A stretch of 64,000 nt of DNA from Nitrospirales bacterium (GTDB taxonomy: Bacteria > Nitrospirota > Nitrospiria > Nitrospirales > UBA8639): positions 672,001 through 736,000 of the forward strand of contig CBDBCZ010000018.1 of assembly GCA_965203295.1 (NCBI GenBank), written 5' to 3'. Made by a program: the position numbers and the translations under genes. Positions 26,909 through 41,218 of the stretch are shown in pieces (the first letter of the stretch is position 1; each line of letters begins with the position of its first letter). A model generated the notes under the pieces. That model was given only the letters and a program-made list of their open reading frames with translations, ran no database searches and was not told the origin of the DNA.

Positions 26909-27011
26909 TAGTCTCGCGGGCCAGACTAACTTTTCGCCGGCTCCGTGGGAAAATTAGCCCGACTAACTTTCCCACGGAGGTGGCGAAAAGTTAGTCTGGC
27001 CCGCGAGACTA
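26909..27011. mobile_element. Palindromic MITE with perfect 9-bp TSD
   Basis: tagtctcgcgggccagactaacttttcgcc...ggcgaaaagttagtctggcccgcgagacta; TSD tgccccacc on both sides. Confidence 0.92.
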
Positions 27012-27769
27012 TGCCCCACCCACATGCGGAGGTATACAGGTCCTCGAGTTCGTACATGTATAGTCATAGATAATATATACTTCCGTTGGCGCACTAAAAG
27101 TTTTAGTACAGCATATAGCTATTTTTATGCTTACCAACGGAAGTATAATCTACGGTATAGTAGTTTGTTACCATACCTCCGCGCGCCACAGTGCCGTTGC
27201 CTCTGATGTACAGCAGGTGTGCAGCCATGCAGACAACTTCCCATGAGCCACTCACTGAACGCCAGTAGTCTAGCTAGCTATCCCCAACTTCTACCAGACT
27301 AGAACGCCAGAAGCTTGGGTTCATACAGACAGAATCCTGTCCACAAACTCCCCTCCCTCTCTCCCTCTCTCTAGGTAAAAGCCGTAGAAAAGAGGGATGC
27401 GGTACTAACCAGCTCACAGCAGATTGAGTTCTAAGTCACACCGGTTTTGTAGTGTAAAATCAGTTACTGTAAATTTTTTTTCTGAATGAGCTCAGCAACT
27501 AAATAGCTACTCTAGTTCACACACTAATGTTCCGACAGTCTTTATAGCTTGGATCTAGGAATTGTATAAATGATGGCTTGGATGCCTACGTTAAGGTATT
27601 TGTTTAGAGAGCATAGTTATCTACTAATGTCTGTGAAGAAAGTTTTGAATTATTGCATTTCCATCTATATGTACGCTGGAAGCTTACTGTTTTAGCACAC
27701 AAGACTTGACTGCAGGGATTGTTTTCCGTTGGTAGAGTAAGCCACTGATGATCGGCCACCATGTACATT

Positions 27770-28040
27770 CGGACGCGCTAGCGCCGAGCGCGTAAATTAC
27801 CGGAAGTGGGCGGGGCCTTCGATCGATAGTACAGACCCTTCGCACTTCGAGTTGAAAGTTTGGTATTCTTCCGTTGCTTGGTTCTGGCTATGCCTGGCCA
27901 GGCCCGTCCTGTTGTTAGGATGCTTGTGGAAGAAAAGACAGCAGGAGAGCAAAACAGGAAGGGGGGTGGGTGGGAGGGTACGCGAGAAGACCGTGACGTC
28001 TTCATATGTGTACAACTCAAATCAGCATTTCGAGCGCGCT
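27770..28040. promoter_or_regulatory. CpG-rich promoter-like segment
   Basis: Local CpG enrichment; ETS-like ccggaagt adjacent to GC-box gggcgggg at about 27800; tgacgtc near 27995; upstream of the - strand WD40 exons. Confidence 0.35.
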
Positions 28041-29445
28041 CTATTGCTAAGGTTAGTGGCTGTATAGTCCTGTAAGTGCAAACCATGCACAGATGTAACT
28101 GCTACGCTAGACAAACTACGACGATGTGCATTAAATGAAGTCAGTACAGTCGCCTACATGTTTTGTCTCGTGCCCAGCCCCACGTTTGGAAGGTGGGTCT
28201 GGCTCCCCGCATATTCAAAGTTGGGGCAGCATTACGTCAGCGGTCCCAGATCTGGACCGGCGATGTGATTGGTTGACTATAGTAAACGGTTGTAGTATCC
28301 GGATATTCACACCATTTAGTGATGTAATACTATAATCAACCAATCACATCGCCTACCTCTATCCGTACAGACCGAGCGAGTTCAACAAACACAAGTAATT
28401 GTGCGAGCGAAGCGAGCACAACTACTTGTATATAATTATGATAACTATTCATGGCAGTTGTTATTTATTTGTTGGTTAGTCATATTTTAATATACCGCCT
28501 GCCATATATACTATCACTTGAAGGATGCTTGTATATAAACTTGGAACATGACTGGTGATGTCATGCATATCTGTGGGAAAATCTTGACAAAGGTCACTCT
28601 CGCAGGACAGTTGGAAGTATCCTCACCTACCACGTGGCCTGGTATCCACTGTTTGTCACACATACACGCATTATCGTCACACATGCACACTGACATGCAC
28701 AACATGTACATGTATACACACTGTACATATACAAATACGTACACAATCACTAAAATTTCATGCACCTACTCATTCTCTTAGACAAGAATAGCTGCCAGCA
28801 GATAGCATGCACAGTCATCACCAGTGACTCACCAGTCAGTTTCCAGGAGCTGGTCTTGAGAACAGTAACAGTAACACTCAGCAGGCAGTCTCCTAACACT
28901 CACTTAGAATGTAGGTAGTTGCTCTACTAAACACTTACTAGCTGGCAGTGGTGTAACAGTGCTCTATTAAACAGTCACTTAGCTAGCAGTGTTGTGGAAT
29001 ACTTGTTAGCTGTTGCTATGGAGCGGTGTGCCTCACGAGTTTCTGAGCATATTCACAGCCCTTATCATCTCATAATGATTCCCACAGACTTTATTCATGA
29101 GCAAGGGTATTCCCAGCTTGTGGAGTAGTTAACCTTTTGACCCCAACTTTAGCCATTATGCACGCCTACAACAGTACAACTGCAGTTAAAATTATTTTGG
29201 TTAGGATTGGGGTTAGGGCTACATCCTGTCCTCAGAAAAGGTGAGGGGCGGGGGGAGGGAGGGGAGGAGGGGGGGGAGGCATGGGAGTGAGGGGGAGGGG
29301 TTGGAAGGAAGTCTCATTGGGGACCTGCACAAAACTGAGCTCCTGAAGCCACTGGACAGTCGTAGCAAACCATGTTACTCCCGCTGAGCAATGAGTGTAA
29401 TAATGATGTAATGACAAGTGTAGATAGCAGGTGCCTTCACTACAG

Positions 29446-29628
<183 letters not shown>

Positions 29629-30227
29629 CAGGTCAACTCCCTGGGGGCCTTCGCATCCACAGGGGAGCTGCTGGGGATGATCATCGGGGAGCTGCAGCCA
29701 CTGAATGGCTGGCTCCCGAGTCTATGTATATTCATTTAAGTGATTGCATGCCTGTAAATTGCAATGTAAAGCAATCAATAAGTCACGCTAGACTTACCAT
29801 TGGATACATTGTAAATTTGCGAACTCCATGCACTCCATTTCTAGCACATCTCACAATTTATTTCCGACATACAATGCTATTAAATGCCCAGTGTTCAGTA
29901 CGAGTGACTGTTAAAAGAAATGCAGAGTTTGTTCTTGGCCGGCGGCAGAGGTACACAAAAAGAAGCACACAACTGTAAGATGGATAGGCCTAGATACGGG
30001 TGCTTCCAATCCCATTTTGTTTTCGGTTATTCATTTACATGTGTACCTAATTCCCAGTAGCCCTCTGGAGTTAACTTCTAACACAGCCTGGAACAGCAGA
30101 TTCCAATCCATGTAGCAGCATGCTGGAGCCAGACTCACTTCATAGCACGCTCAAGTTGTATCATCTCAGCCTACACTACTCCCACAGCCAATACTTTAAT
30201 CAAACCTTCGCTTGCTCCTTGAAAGAT

Positions 30228-33200
30228 GGCTCTACCTGCATGTAACCGATCAGTACATTACGTAACTACATTACGTTACCTATACGTGATGTAATTCGCA
30301 GATACGTGCATGGTATTACTATGTGGTAATACATGGTACTGTGTGGTATTACATGGCACTAGGTGGTATTGCATGGTACTGTGTGGTATCACATGGTACT
30401 GTGTGATATTACATGGTACTGTGTGATATTGCATGGTACTGTGTGCATGGTATTGCATGGTACTGTGTGGTATTGCATGGTACTGTGTGGTATTACATGG
30501 TATTACATGGTGCTGTGTGGTATTACATGGTATTGCATATGATACTGTGTGGTATATTGTATGGTATTGCATGATACTGTGTGGTATTGCATGGTATTGC
30601 ATGGTACTGTGTGGGATTGCATGGTATTGGATGGTACTGTGTGGGATTCATGTATTGCATGGTACTGTGTAGTAATACATGGTTGGGTTTCCCAGTATGG
30701 GTCAGTTCTATTTGTGCTCAACAACAAAGGACAAGTGGTTGCTTGGCAACTAAGTAGACAATATTTTGAAATCACTTGCACAGCGGCTAGTGACATTCCA
30801 TAGTCATATCAGCATGATCTTGGTGGACAATTGTTGTTCATTACGCACTAAACTAACAGAAATATTTGGATCAGGAATTAGTGTGTTTAGATCTCTTCCA
30901 CGCTGTTCAGCGAATAGTTAAATACATGCCAAAAAGGCACCCTATGTATACACATTTTTCGCAAGACATTAGCAACTCTTTAAAAATCCGATGGATAAAA
31001 GGTAAACAACGAACTCTGCCAACTCAAGACCCCTACACACTTCGAAGAAATTTTGACCAGTTTTTTCAAAAGAAGAGTCATGCAAAAGTTGAAGGAAAAT
31101 AGATTTTGAATGAGAAAACAATGGATGAAATTGAGGCATCAGGCGTGCACATTTCAAAAGGGTGCCTCTCAGATATTCCTCCCAAATGCGGTACCAACAA
31201 AAATGAAGCACTTCATCGTTCAATCAGGCCTTTGTTCCATCGGTGCAGAATGGGCTTACCTTTAGCCCTTGCTTTGATGATTTCTGTTCTATATTTTTAT
31301 AACAACAAACAGGCACGTGAAAAATGTCCAAGGGGAGGCAACCTTGGGCAATCAATTCTATCAGGATGGGCATCATACAAAAAGGGGGTTGCATTACCAC
31401 TGCATAGATCAATTTGGAATTCTCAGCAAGACAGGAATATTACCTGGATTTTTGGACACCAAAAAGTTTGCATCGAGGAGTTTGACCTCACCCATCATCC
31501 TGTTGAAATAGAGGTAAGCAAAGACCTTGAACAGCTAGCATCAGTAGACGATATTAGGAGGATTCTACAAAAAGCTTATAATATGTATCTGGTTGCAAAG
31601 GAATTGCAGAAAACAAGCAAATTCTCTTCAGTCACAAGTGGTGCTCATAAGATGATACCATTCATGTCTTCTATCAGCTGCCTTTTTAATACTGACCAGA
31701 GCTCTGCTGATCATGAGTCTCAGCAGGAAAGACTTTGCTACATCACAAAATCATGGGGATTTGAATTACAACAAGTTACTACTGCTTCACAGCATTGGCA
31801 TATAGTTTACAACAGCAGCAACAACTCATAACATATTGCTTTCAACCAGCATGGAGCAGGACATTAAGCCGTTTCTTTCAAAGAACAGCCCTCTGCAAAT
31901 GCTACACCAATTCCTGATTCACCAGAACAGCACTGCCGATGTGGAGTTAATGACAAAAAAGGGAAGGATCACTGCACAAAGGTAGAAGGGAGTACACCAC
32001 ATGGATACGAGACAGTGTACAAACCTCTGCCAATGCCAGAGGTGTAGCAATCCAGTTGGTACGAAACCAGGTTCAATCAACTACGCATCATTCATAATGT
32101 GTGGCAGCTCACTGTAATCTGCTACAGTGGTGGAGAGCTGCGGCAGGCCAAATTCTATCATGCGTGAGGCGTATCTGAAATAAATACAAGCAGTGTGATG
32201 AGCATGAACACTGTGCGTAGCTAGTCACAATCAATCACAATACCACTTGAATACGATGCAATACCACACAGTACCATATAATACCATATAATACCATGTA
32301 ATACCACACAGTACCATGTAATACCACGTAATACTATTTATATACCACACAGTACCATGAAATACCATGTAATTCCATTTAATACCACACAGTACCATGC
32401 AATACCATGTAATACCTTGTAATACCATGTCGGTAAGAAGTAGAGGGGAGGGTGCACAACAATGACTAGCTCGCTTGTTCAGACTACTGACTTATAAACT
32501 AGTAAAGCTAATTGCAGGTAGGTAGTCCAAAACCGTCATAGATGGCACAGAGACAGTATACACACAACGTTTCGACATTACAAAGTTTATCAGGTGTGCG
32601 AGGATGGCATGCAAGCAGGCACAATATACACAATGGATACATAAAAAATATAGGCCAATGAAGGCAAGTGGTTGCTAAGTGCATGTCCAGGTTCATGCTT
32701 CCTGGGTGTAGGGATCTCAATTGTTGGATCCAGTAGCTCTCCCGTCTCTTCCTCAAGCTCTCGTCCTGGCTTCTCATAGATTCAATCACAGCAATGCTGA
32801 GGTCTTCCACGAAGTGGCCTGCAGCTGCACTGCTAAAGTGGGCAGCTACTGGCTTTTCTGTCCGGCTATGAACAATATCGTTGCGATGGCCATTCAAGCG
32901 GATATGGAGGGCGTTCTGTGTCTCTCCCACATACTGTTTATGGCATTTCTTACACTCAATCAGGTAGACCACATTCTTGGTCTTACAAGTGGCCATAGCT
33001 CATACATGGAAGGTCTGTCCAGTAATGATACTCCTTATGGTGGTGCCTGTTTTAATGTGGTTGCAGGTGAGGCAGCGTTTGTTGTCACAGGAACTACTTC
33101 CTCTGGCCTTCTCAAAAAGAGCTGGCTTGAGCTGTGCAATGACCAGAAGGTCACGAAGTACCACGTAATACCACACAGTACCATGCAATACCATGCAATA

Positions 33201-33869
33201 CCACACAGTACCATGCAATACCACACACTGCAATGCAATACCACACAGTACCATGTAATACCATACAGTACCGTGGAATACCATGTCACTAGGCCTTGAT
33301 GGATTATTCTTTTTTTCTACTTATTATTCTATTCTTTTATTCTTGAAAATCTTACAGATTATTCTTTTCATTCTATCTATTATTCTTTTTATTGCACCTA
33401 TTATTCTCATAAAAGTAATACAAAAAGTGAACCAAAGAAGAAGCCATCTATAATGACACACCATGAAGAAACTTATGAACCATCATTATACATCAACATG
33501 GAATTATGACAGCAATTGTTTGGTCGCAGGTAGCACAATAATTATTTTCCACAGGAGGAATTCAATCATAATCTGCAAAGGGATGTGACTCACGAATCAT
33601 GTGACCCAAAACTTAGTACCATTATTCTTTTTTGGGCCAAAATGACTACCTATTATTCTCGAATAATTCTTAATTCTTTTCGCACCTATTATTCTCAAAA
33701 TTATACCAGCATACCACACAGTACCACACAGTACCATGAAATACTACACAATACCATGTAATACCACACAGTACCATGCAATACATGCCATCAATACACT
33801 GGATGACGTCATGTAGTAATATTCATTACGTCATGTAGTGATCAGTTACATCCATATCCAGGTGCAGCC
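30228..33869 (+). mobile_element. Internally deleted Zisupton/KDZ-like DNA transposon
   Basis: Perfect 8-bp TSD tgaaagat (30220-30227, 33870-33877); GGC...GCC imperfect TIRs; inverted subterminal arrays of 10-bp catggtactg/tgtggtattg units. Transposase fragments WVSQYGSVLFVLNNKGQVVAWQL, LDLFHAVQRI...KRHP and KGCLSDIPPKCGTNKNEALHR, plus a Cys-rich CRCG...CQCQRCSNP tail. Confidence 0.8.
32431..33160 (-). mobile_element. Penelope-like retroelement 3' fragment (GIY-YIG endonuclease) nested in the transposon
   Basis: CDNKRCLTC...CKTKNVVYLIECKKCHKQYVGET...RLNGH...PVAAHF...RESYWIQQLRSLHPGSMN with one in-frame stop; a degenerate CTGATAA...GAAACG hammerhead-like motif follows at about 32561-32598. 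Confidence 0.9.
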
Positions 33870-34452
33870 TGAAAGATGAAGTCGAATGGCTCACAGCCTA
33901 GCATTCAGCTTACCAGCTGTTGATAGTTTCTTAATATTGCACACTTCGAGGTCCGTAAAATAAATTGGGGGGCCAGGATAGACTCGGCGGATAACTTGAA
34001 GCTAGTTGCAAGTTGGAGGGGGCTTATACAGAGCGATACAAACATGTCGACAATTGCAACAGGAGGCGACGCAGGTCAGTGCTATATAATATAGAGCTGG
34101 CATGTGTTGTTCTTAAAGCCTTTTCACCCGTGCTTGTCGAAAAAGCTTTCTGTACTGCCAACTACCGTGCTATAAATGGCGGCTGGACCCTTCAAACCAT
34201 TTTTTGGCTTATTTATTGCCTTTTCCTATGTAAGCCTAAGCCATGCGTAGGCCAGGGTCAGTCGCCACAGCGGGGTAATTAGTGGCCATGCCAACTGCTA
34301 TTGTACCGTAGATATGTAGCCACGCAGTGGTCATGGTGGTGGAAAAAACTTTTGTGTCCTCGTAAAAACTGTTTCAATAGGAATACAAAAACGTAAACAA
34401 ACAACAACTAACATGAAAACAAGATTGCGACATGGAAAGTACAAAAAACATT

Positions 34453-35354
34453 TTAAACAACATCGCCTATTTCTACTTTAGTTGGTCCTCCGTCGCCTCC
34501 AGCTACAATTAGTTGGCTACAAGGCAACACAGCTACTAGTGTTCGGAATCGAGGTGTAGCCATGTGTCCCATGTCTTGCCAGGAGTCAGAGGTAGGGTCG
34601 TAGACAACAATGGCTGAAGTGGTCTTGCCACGTTCATCCTCCCCACCAATAGCTAGTAGCCGGCCTCCGACACTAACAGCTGTAGACCAGTAGTAAGGAG
34701 CGTCAGCGGTTCGTCGCCATACTGTCAACTGATTGGTTGTTTCTTGCTGTTGATGTAGTAGGTCAGTGATGGAGGAGGTGAGTACTGACAGAGTTCGGAT
34801 GCCATTGTGATTGTAGCCACCCAGCAGGTAGAGTAAGTCTTCACACACTGCAATGGAAGCCCAGATCATAGGGTGTGGGAGGGAAGCGGCTGAGGACCAC
34901 TGCCGTAGCTCAGTGTTCAGTATTTCAACAGTACTCACACTCCCACCATCACCCCACCCCCCGGCGGCTATCACGTTCCTCCCCTTGCACACTGCTGCAA
35001 GGTAGTAGCGTGCCGTGGGCATTCGTGGGAATAGTTCCACCCACTTGCTGTCCTCGTCCTCCCCAGTGAGGCTGGCTAGGGAGTTGGTGGGTTGGAGATA
35101 TTCTTCCCCTCCCACGGTAGTGAGCCTCCCCTCTGCCATCACCAAGGCAGAGTTCATGTTAGGGCAGTCAGGTAACCGCCACCATTGCTGTTGTTGTGAC
35201 TTGTAGCTGTACAGCGCAGTAGAGTCCCTAGGGTTGAAGTAGGCCACGTTGCCGTGGGAGGCAGCAGCTCCTCTGTACATGATTGCTGGTGTAACACTCG
35301 CTTTCCGCAGTCTTATCCCCCTGATAGTGATCCGCTGTTGCCCAGTAGCCTGCC
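34453..35354 (-). CDS. Kelch-repeat beta-propeller terminal exon, copy 1 (intact)
   Basis: Six Kelch-like repeats (GG doublets, W...P.M.T.R); conserved acceptor ctcacag/GG (phase 1); stop at 34453. Confidence 0.9.
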
Positions 35355-37098
35355 CTGTGAGTAGTAGTGTGCATGCGTGTAATGGCGGAACAGGTAAAGC
35401 TAGCAGCTTCCAGAGTGAGAGATTATTCATCGCTTGTTTAGTCTACACCATTAGCTGAATAATAGCAGCCACGCAGCTCTACAGGAAGTTAGACATGCAC
35501 GATCGCTACAGCTAACCTAGTTGAGACAGCTGTGGTGTTACCGCTAGTGTAACGAAGAGACAGCTATGGTGTGTTACCGCTAAGGTCTCTGTGGTAGCTA
35601 CTGGTTTACTGTAGCGTGTGCAGGGAGTGATTACAGTAGTACAGTCATCCGAGATTCACTCGGTGTGCATAGCTAGCCTGTCTGCTAGCTGTAGACTGTG
35701 TACAGCTGGTACTGTCGTTGTACAGGCCCGGCTGGTTGCTGATCAAGTAGGTAGCTCTGTCATGCACATTCCAGTTGTGTGTTGTGTGCAAGTATTCACA
35801 CGGTGTTTAGCCATGGCTACTAGGTGTGTGTGCTTGCTGTGTGATGACCTTTGAACCCTGTAGCCCTGCATGGCAGTAGTGTGCAGTATCTCCAGTCATA
35901 GAGTTGCAGCTGTACTGATCCTACTGCTGAGTCGCAAGGAATACTTACTAAAAGTATACATGAGTAATAATTATCGTCATGTTATACTACCTCCAATTAT
36001 GCAATTTTTTCTCCCTCCCGTTCATATGCCAGGTCTGTCGGAAACTCTCGAAGGTTGGAGCGGCCATTGGTCGTGATGTCAGAGGCTGCGCAGCGGTTGA
36101 GTGTTGCGCGCGAAGCGCAAAAAAATTTTTGCGACTTATTTTTACGGCGGTAAAGAAGCTGCTCTCGCAGTATCTCACTACATTGAAGGTCGTGCACTAA
36201 CATCACGCAAAAAAAATCTCCATACAGGCCGAGATCAAGCATATAGCCAGCTCATAGTGTCGTGGCCCCGCGGGCCACGCCTCACGCGCACAAATATTGA
36301 AACGTTTACGAAAAAAATTGGCATGAAGAGTGGGGCAGCCTGAGCCACCCCTGTCGCCCCGCTTCCGAAGGCCCTGATTATTATGCATACACCCAATCTT
36401 CGGCCAATAAAAACAGAAATGGTGTGACGAAGGATTGAAGAATGCCATTCTCTCCTGGCACTGAAGACATGCACAAAGGTCAGTGTGTGTACCAAGTATA
36501 GCCTCATACATATTCCAACCTCCCCCCCCCCCCCCCTCTCCACTGCGGTTAGAAAGAAATCGTCCAGTTCTACATGTACTGTACTCAGTATTTCCAGCCA
36601 TAGTTTTGTTTTTTGTCCGGAAACTAAGCATGACAAGTACATGTAACTCCCATACAAGTATGCAGCGTACCCACGCTTCAACTCCAGTCTTTCCCTAGCT
36701 AAAGTTCCTACTGAATTCAGTGTACAAGCATGCCGAAATTTTGCCACTTTTTTCCCCCACATGTACGCACACAGACATCTTTGTGTGATGAAGAGTTGGA
36801 ATAGAAATCCTGTTTCCTAGCTGACGCTGAAGGCTTGCACGGCTTGCACGAAGGTCAGTGTATGCACCAATACCCTTGTTCCCAGCCCCCCACCCCTCCC
36901 CCCACAAATTTTCGGTAGTGATTGATATCACTGTCCACAGCTGCTATAAATTATGGCCGAAAAACTGTGGCGACCATGGCTGCTACTGTTCCACTGTCGC
37001 TGCATTGTCAGCAGCTGGAAACTTCATGGTAAGGCCAGGCATTGTGTTCACACATTTTACATTGTAGGTATCACACATGTATACTGTATAACTGTTAA

Positions 37099-37733
37099 GG
37101 TTAGGCCCAACCGGAAGTTTCCTACATTTGCACACGCCACTTGCTACCTATGGCAACCTTAGATAATGTAATACTTCATGTATTATGATAAGTAATACTT
37201 TCATGTACTAAGTTAAAGTGTTAGGGAGTTGCCTGAAAAATCTGTCACGGTAAATCCCAGGACTCGCGAGCTACCTGTAGGTCTGATTCGTGGGTATGCT
37301 AAACTTCTAAGGGGTCTACATGTCCAGATATCGAGAATGAAGACTTATCGCCTTTTTCCAGAGCGTACAGAGCCGACTTTAAAAATCCGCAATTGCCGCC
37401 ATTATACTCTCTAACAGAAGGCGATAAGTCTTCATTCTCAATGTCTGGACATGTAACCTATAGACCTACAGATACAGCCGTGGCTTAAGCTACATCTGTC
37501 TCTTGGCTTCGGAGGGATTTACTGCAAATGCGTTTCGAGCTGATAAGTGAATATAGCGCCTGTACAGTAGAAAAACAGCACGCTTCTACAAAATTTTTGT
37601 TACTGGACTTTCTCCAGTTTTATACACCTAGCCACATAGTTTTGTGGCCTTGCCGTGTTGTCGAGCTACGAACGTCAAAACCGTACACGGTCATAAAATT
37701 TTAATATTTCTCTACTTCCTGTTGGGCCTAACC
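37099..37733. mobile_element. Non-autonomous DNA transposon with TTAA target site (Kolobok-like termini)
   Basis: ttaa|ggttaggcccaaccggaagt...acttcctgttgggcctaacc|ttaa; internal inverted repeat at about 37317-37355 / 37418-37455. Confidence 0.8.
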
Positions 37734-38274
37734 TTAAGGAGTTTTTCACAGGGAAGAACACTTTGCTGTATATACAGAGTTAACATAATTCTGAAAATGT
37801 GTGGGAGCCTCACTCTTGCATCCGTTTTCCCCTTACCAGAAAAGCCTATAGCTTTCGTTTGTTTGGAGACATTCAACACAGTGGCACTTTGCATTGGTCC
37901 TTCCAATTGTTGAGCAAGTATGCAAAGATTGAGTAAAAGATTGTTTCTCTCGAAACCGTTATTCCAGGCTCTTGCTAATGGTGTAGCAGATGTCTCTGGC
38001 TCGAAACACTCCATTATTCCCCGAATAAGGATGGGCGTACAACCCTCACTAACAGAGAGACATACATCGTCAATTACAAAGCCTTGTGGTGGTCACACAC
38101 GCAATAAATTTTGCTGTGTTTGTTTTGCCCTAGCCTATGTTCATTTGAAGAGTACAAAACCACACACAAAGCTCTTGGTGAGGAGGTGAAGGTCTATAGA
38201 ATTCCTTGGCAACTGGGGCACAAAAGTCGTACATTCATGTACATGTAAGACCTCAGCCAACACAAAATCCCATA

Positions 38275-38876
38275 TACCATATAGCCGGAAAATTTGGCGA
38301 GGACTTTAATTTTGCAGTTTGGCGAATCCCAAAAAATTGCCACATTAAATTCTCACGCATTATGTAATATGTAACACCCACGTGCGCATTTAGCTATAAG
38401 AAAGAAGTTGTTCCCACTCCATGTACGTGTCTGCTCCCTGTCCGGGAAGGATATCGAACTCGCAAATAAAGCTGTAAAGCGCTCTCTATCTGGAGACTTG
38501 AAGCCTGTCACACCGTCACCTTGAGGCAAGTATAACACTCATACGCAAGAAAGGGCACAAATTGGAAAGTATGCCGCTGACAACAGAGCGACAAAGGCCG
38601 CTACGCACTTCTCGAAGCTTCTGGATAGTAAGATTGGCGAATCCAACATCTTCATTGTCGAGCTCAGTGACAAAAAACTTCAGCGCGTTGCGCGTTGTGC
38701 ATTGTGCGCCTAGGATTACGTAATACGCCAATATAAATTGCCAAAATTAATTGAAGATTACGTCATAGCCTTCGCCGTACATAATAGCCAAATTTAAATT
38801 TCGCCAATATTTAATTTCAGCTGTTTTGGGCGATTTCGCCACACTTAATTCTCCCAATTTTTCCGGCTATACGGTA
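38275..38876. mobile_element. TA-flanked MITE with CCGTA-type termini
   Basis: taccatatagccggaaaattt / aatttttccggctatacggta. Confidence 0.8.
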
Positions 38877-40461
38877 ATATCATAATCAGATATATCACCT
38901 ACATGCACATGTTCTTGTGTAGGCGAAGTCCATGTGATACCACAACCAAAATTATGCTTTTCTCCATGCAGACACACATACGCACACACAACTCTGTACA
39001 ACAAAGATAAGATGCTGAAGATATGCATACACAAAGGTCAGTGTGCGTATATCCTAGCCTTATTCCCTGGCTCCAGTGCCCAGCACTTTTAGCATGTGGA
39101 GAAACACGGGCAGAGAGCCTGGTACATGTACATGTGTACATGTATGTTACACGATGTTGTGTACATGGTGTAGGGTGGTTATGCTAAATAAATTTCTGTG
39201 TAAGGTAAGAAGTAGACACTGTAGTCTGCCCTTCCCATGAGAATGTTACAATGGCTATATTAGCTGGAATGTTTAAGATTACCAAGACTACTACTTGTAC
39301 AATAAGTTGTGATGTCATGTTGTCAGTTTGTAAGCAAAAGTTGTACATCATGTAAACTCATATAATGCTCTAGCTTTATCAATACAGAACCTCCAGCCCC
39401 ACAATGATACAGCATTTCCTAAATGGTAGCGAGGAGTTCATTTGCCAAACCCAACTCACTTTGTTTTAAGTAATTCCTCTCTCTCTCTCTCTCTCTCTCT
39501 CAACTTTGCTTTGTACATGGATTTATACTTTGTTGGTTGTATGGGGACTTTCTTACATTTTAAAAGGATACACTATTGTGTGTGTTGTCATAGTAACTGC
39601 TTGTAATGGCAGGCTGAAGTAGCCTTCCACATGTGCATGCATGTAGTGCTACATTACAATAGCGATGTTGGCCAAATAGCTGTCTGCAGTTGCACTCTTA
39701 AGCTTCCACCATTTTACAACTCTTCCTTGTATTACATTGCCGCTACTAGAATGGTTACTGCTTTCAGTGCACTCACATGATTGGAATACTAGTAAATTTT
39801 CTACGGCCAGTCTATATAATAATGAGGGCACACCTCACAGATTAGCCTGTTAAGATTATGCCCAGACTTTGGCTACACTCTCTCATGAAAAAACATGTAG
39901 CCAAGCAAGCCAATTGTATGTCTTCACTTTCACTCAAACTTATGCTTGTTCCCTTTTCTTCTGTAGTTATCAACCTTCCAGACAACAATTCATAGTACAA
40001 AGATAGCACGCATCACAGACTAGCCAGTGATGATGAGTTAGAAGCAAACAAATCAGTCATACTATGTGGACTGAGCCCAGCACTCCCAACCCATTTATGA
40101 AAACTGACAGCCAACACATGACAAACATTGAATCAGCAGCAATGTTCTCTGGAAGACTACATTTCTTTGTCCGTTATAGTAACTTATGTCAACAAGAAGA
40201 ACCCATACATGTTGGTCATCCACGAGCATACTCACTGCTATATATATCAACCAGGAGTGAGGCCAGCCTATTCCCTGCTGCCATCTTGTTTTCCCCTCAA
40301 GCATTCCCATGAGATGATGAACATGGATCTGTGTGTACTGCTAAGATTCAGACTAACAAATGGTGCCACAGACAGTTGTGCCAGTAGCAAAGAATAGCAG
40401 GACTCTGTTAGTTCATGTAGATATCGGTTAGTCATGCATAAACTCATTATGAATGGCATAA

Positions 40462-41045
40462 GGCCAGACCAAGTTGACCTTCTGTTTCACGGATCCGGCA
40501 GAGAATCCTAAAGAAAAAACTAATTGCGTGGCCGGCTACAGTGTTCTCACGTAATATTTATTATGATGTCATAGCACGTGGTGGCCCGAACAAGGTAGCT
40601 ATAGCATAGCTATATTATCTTTGGCTATAGCTATGGCACCCTCTAATTCTGCCTGGCTTTCTGTAATTTTGAAGTGGGTTTGTCGATTGTTGTTCCACGA
40701 AAAATGGTGAGTTTCTTTTGAAGACGTGATACTTGCAAACTATTAAAGCTCGAGTATGCTGTAGCACAGCTGCTGTGTTTCATCTGTAAGTGAGCGGGTA
40801 AGTCCCACTTTGTCAGAATGCCAACCAACGTTTAGCAAATGACGTCGATTCAACTAGTGTCTGTTTTTGCTGTTTTTGTAGTACCTCAAATGATGCCTTT
40901 GGATAGTGCCATTTCGGATGACAGTGTATTGTGGGTCAGAGGTCATAATAGGTCAACAGTTGGCTTTAATTTTTTTTAACCTGCCTACCGGTTCATTAGT
41001 GTAAGGAAAAGAGTCCGTGAAACCGAAGATTAATTTGGTTAGGCC
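40462..41045. mobile_element. Non-autonomous DNA transposon with imperfect TIRs of about 32 bp
   Basis: ggccagaccaagttgaccttctgtttcacgga / tccgtgaaaccgaagattaatttggttaggcc. Confidence 0.7.
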
Positions 41046-41218
41046 TACTATTCCCCCCCCCCCCCCCCCACACCTACACATATACGACACGTGTAAAGCT
41101 GTGAAGAGCCTTGCATGGACAGAAATCTGGTGTGCCTGAGTAGCGTTAGGTCAAATAAAATACTTACTACCTTTCGTAGCCATTAATACCCACTGTCCCC
41201 TTCTCTGCCATACTGTAC

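Larger units (their letters stand above)
34025..39715. repeat. Segmental duplication unit 1 (other copies at about 55565-58960 and 61098 to beyond 64000)
   Basis: Long collinear near-identity of the Kelch exon, its 3' flank and several kb of upstream non-coding DNA; copy 1 carries extra insertions. Confidence 0.92.

Noticed and set aside
26793..27260. Candidate 5' exons of the WD40 gene
   Set aside because: A phase-compatible donor exists near 26793, but the translations show no F-box or WD motif.
29632..29725. Exon-like VNSLGAFASTGELLGMIIGELQPL segment
   Set aside because: Isolated, with no partner exons or family assignment possible from the sequence alone.
30310..33790. Short-period repeats as CRISPR arrays, or the ORFs called over them
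   Set aside because: They are 10-bp tandem units without unique spacers and form transposon subterminal repeats; the ORFs are low-complexity artefacts.
35355..35430. MNNLSL... N-terminus of the 325-aa Kelch ORF as the true start
   Set aside because: The frame is not conserved in copies 2 and 3 (indels at a TG repeat) and a conserved splice acceptor lies at 35354, so this stretch is probably intron.
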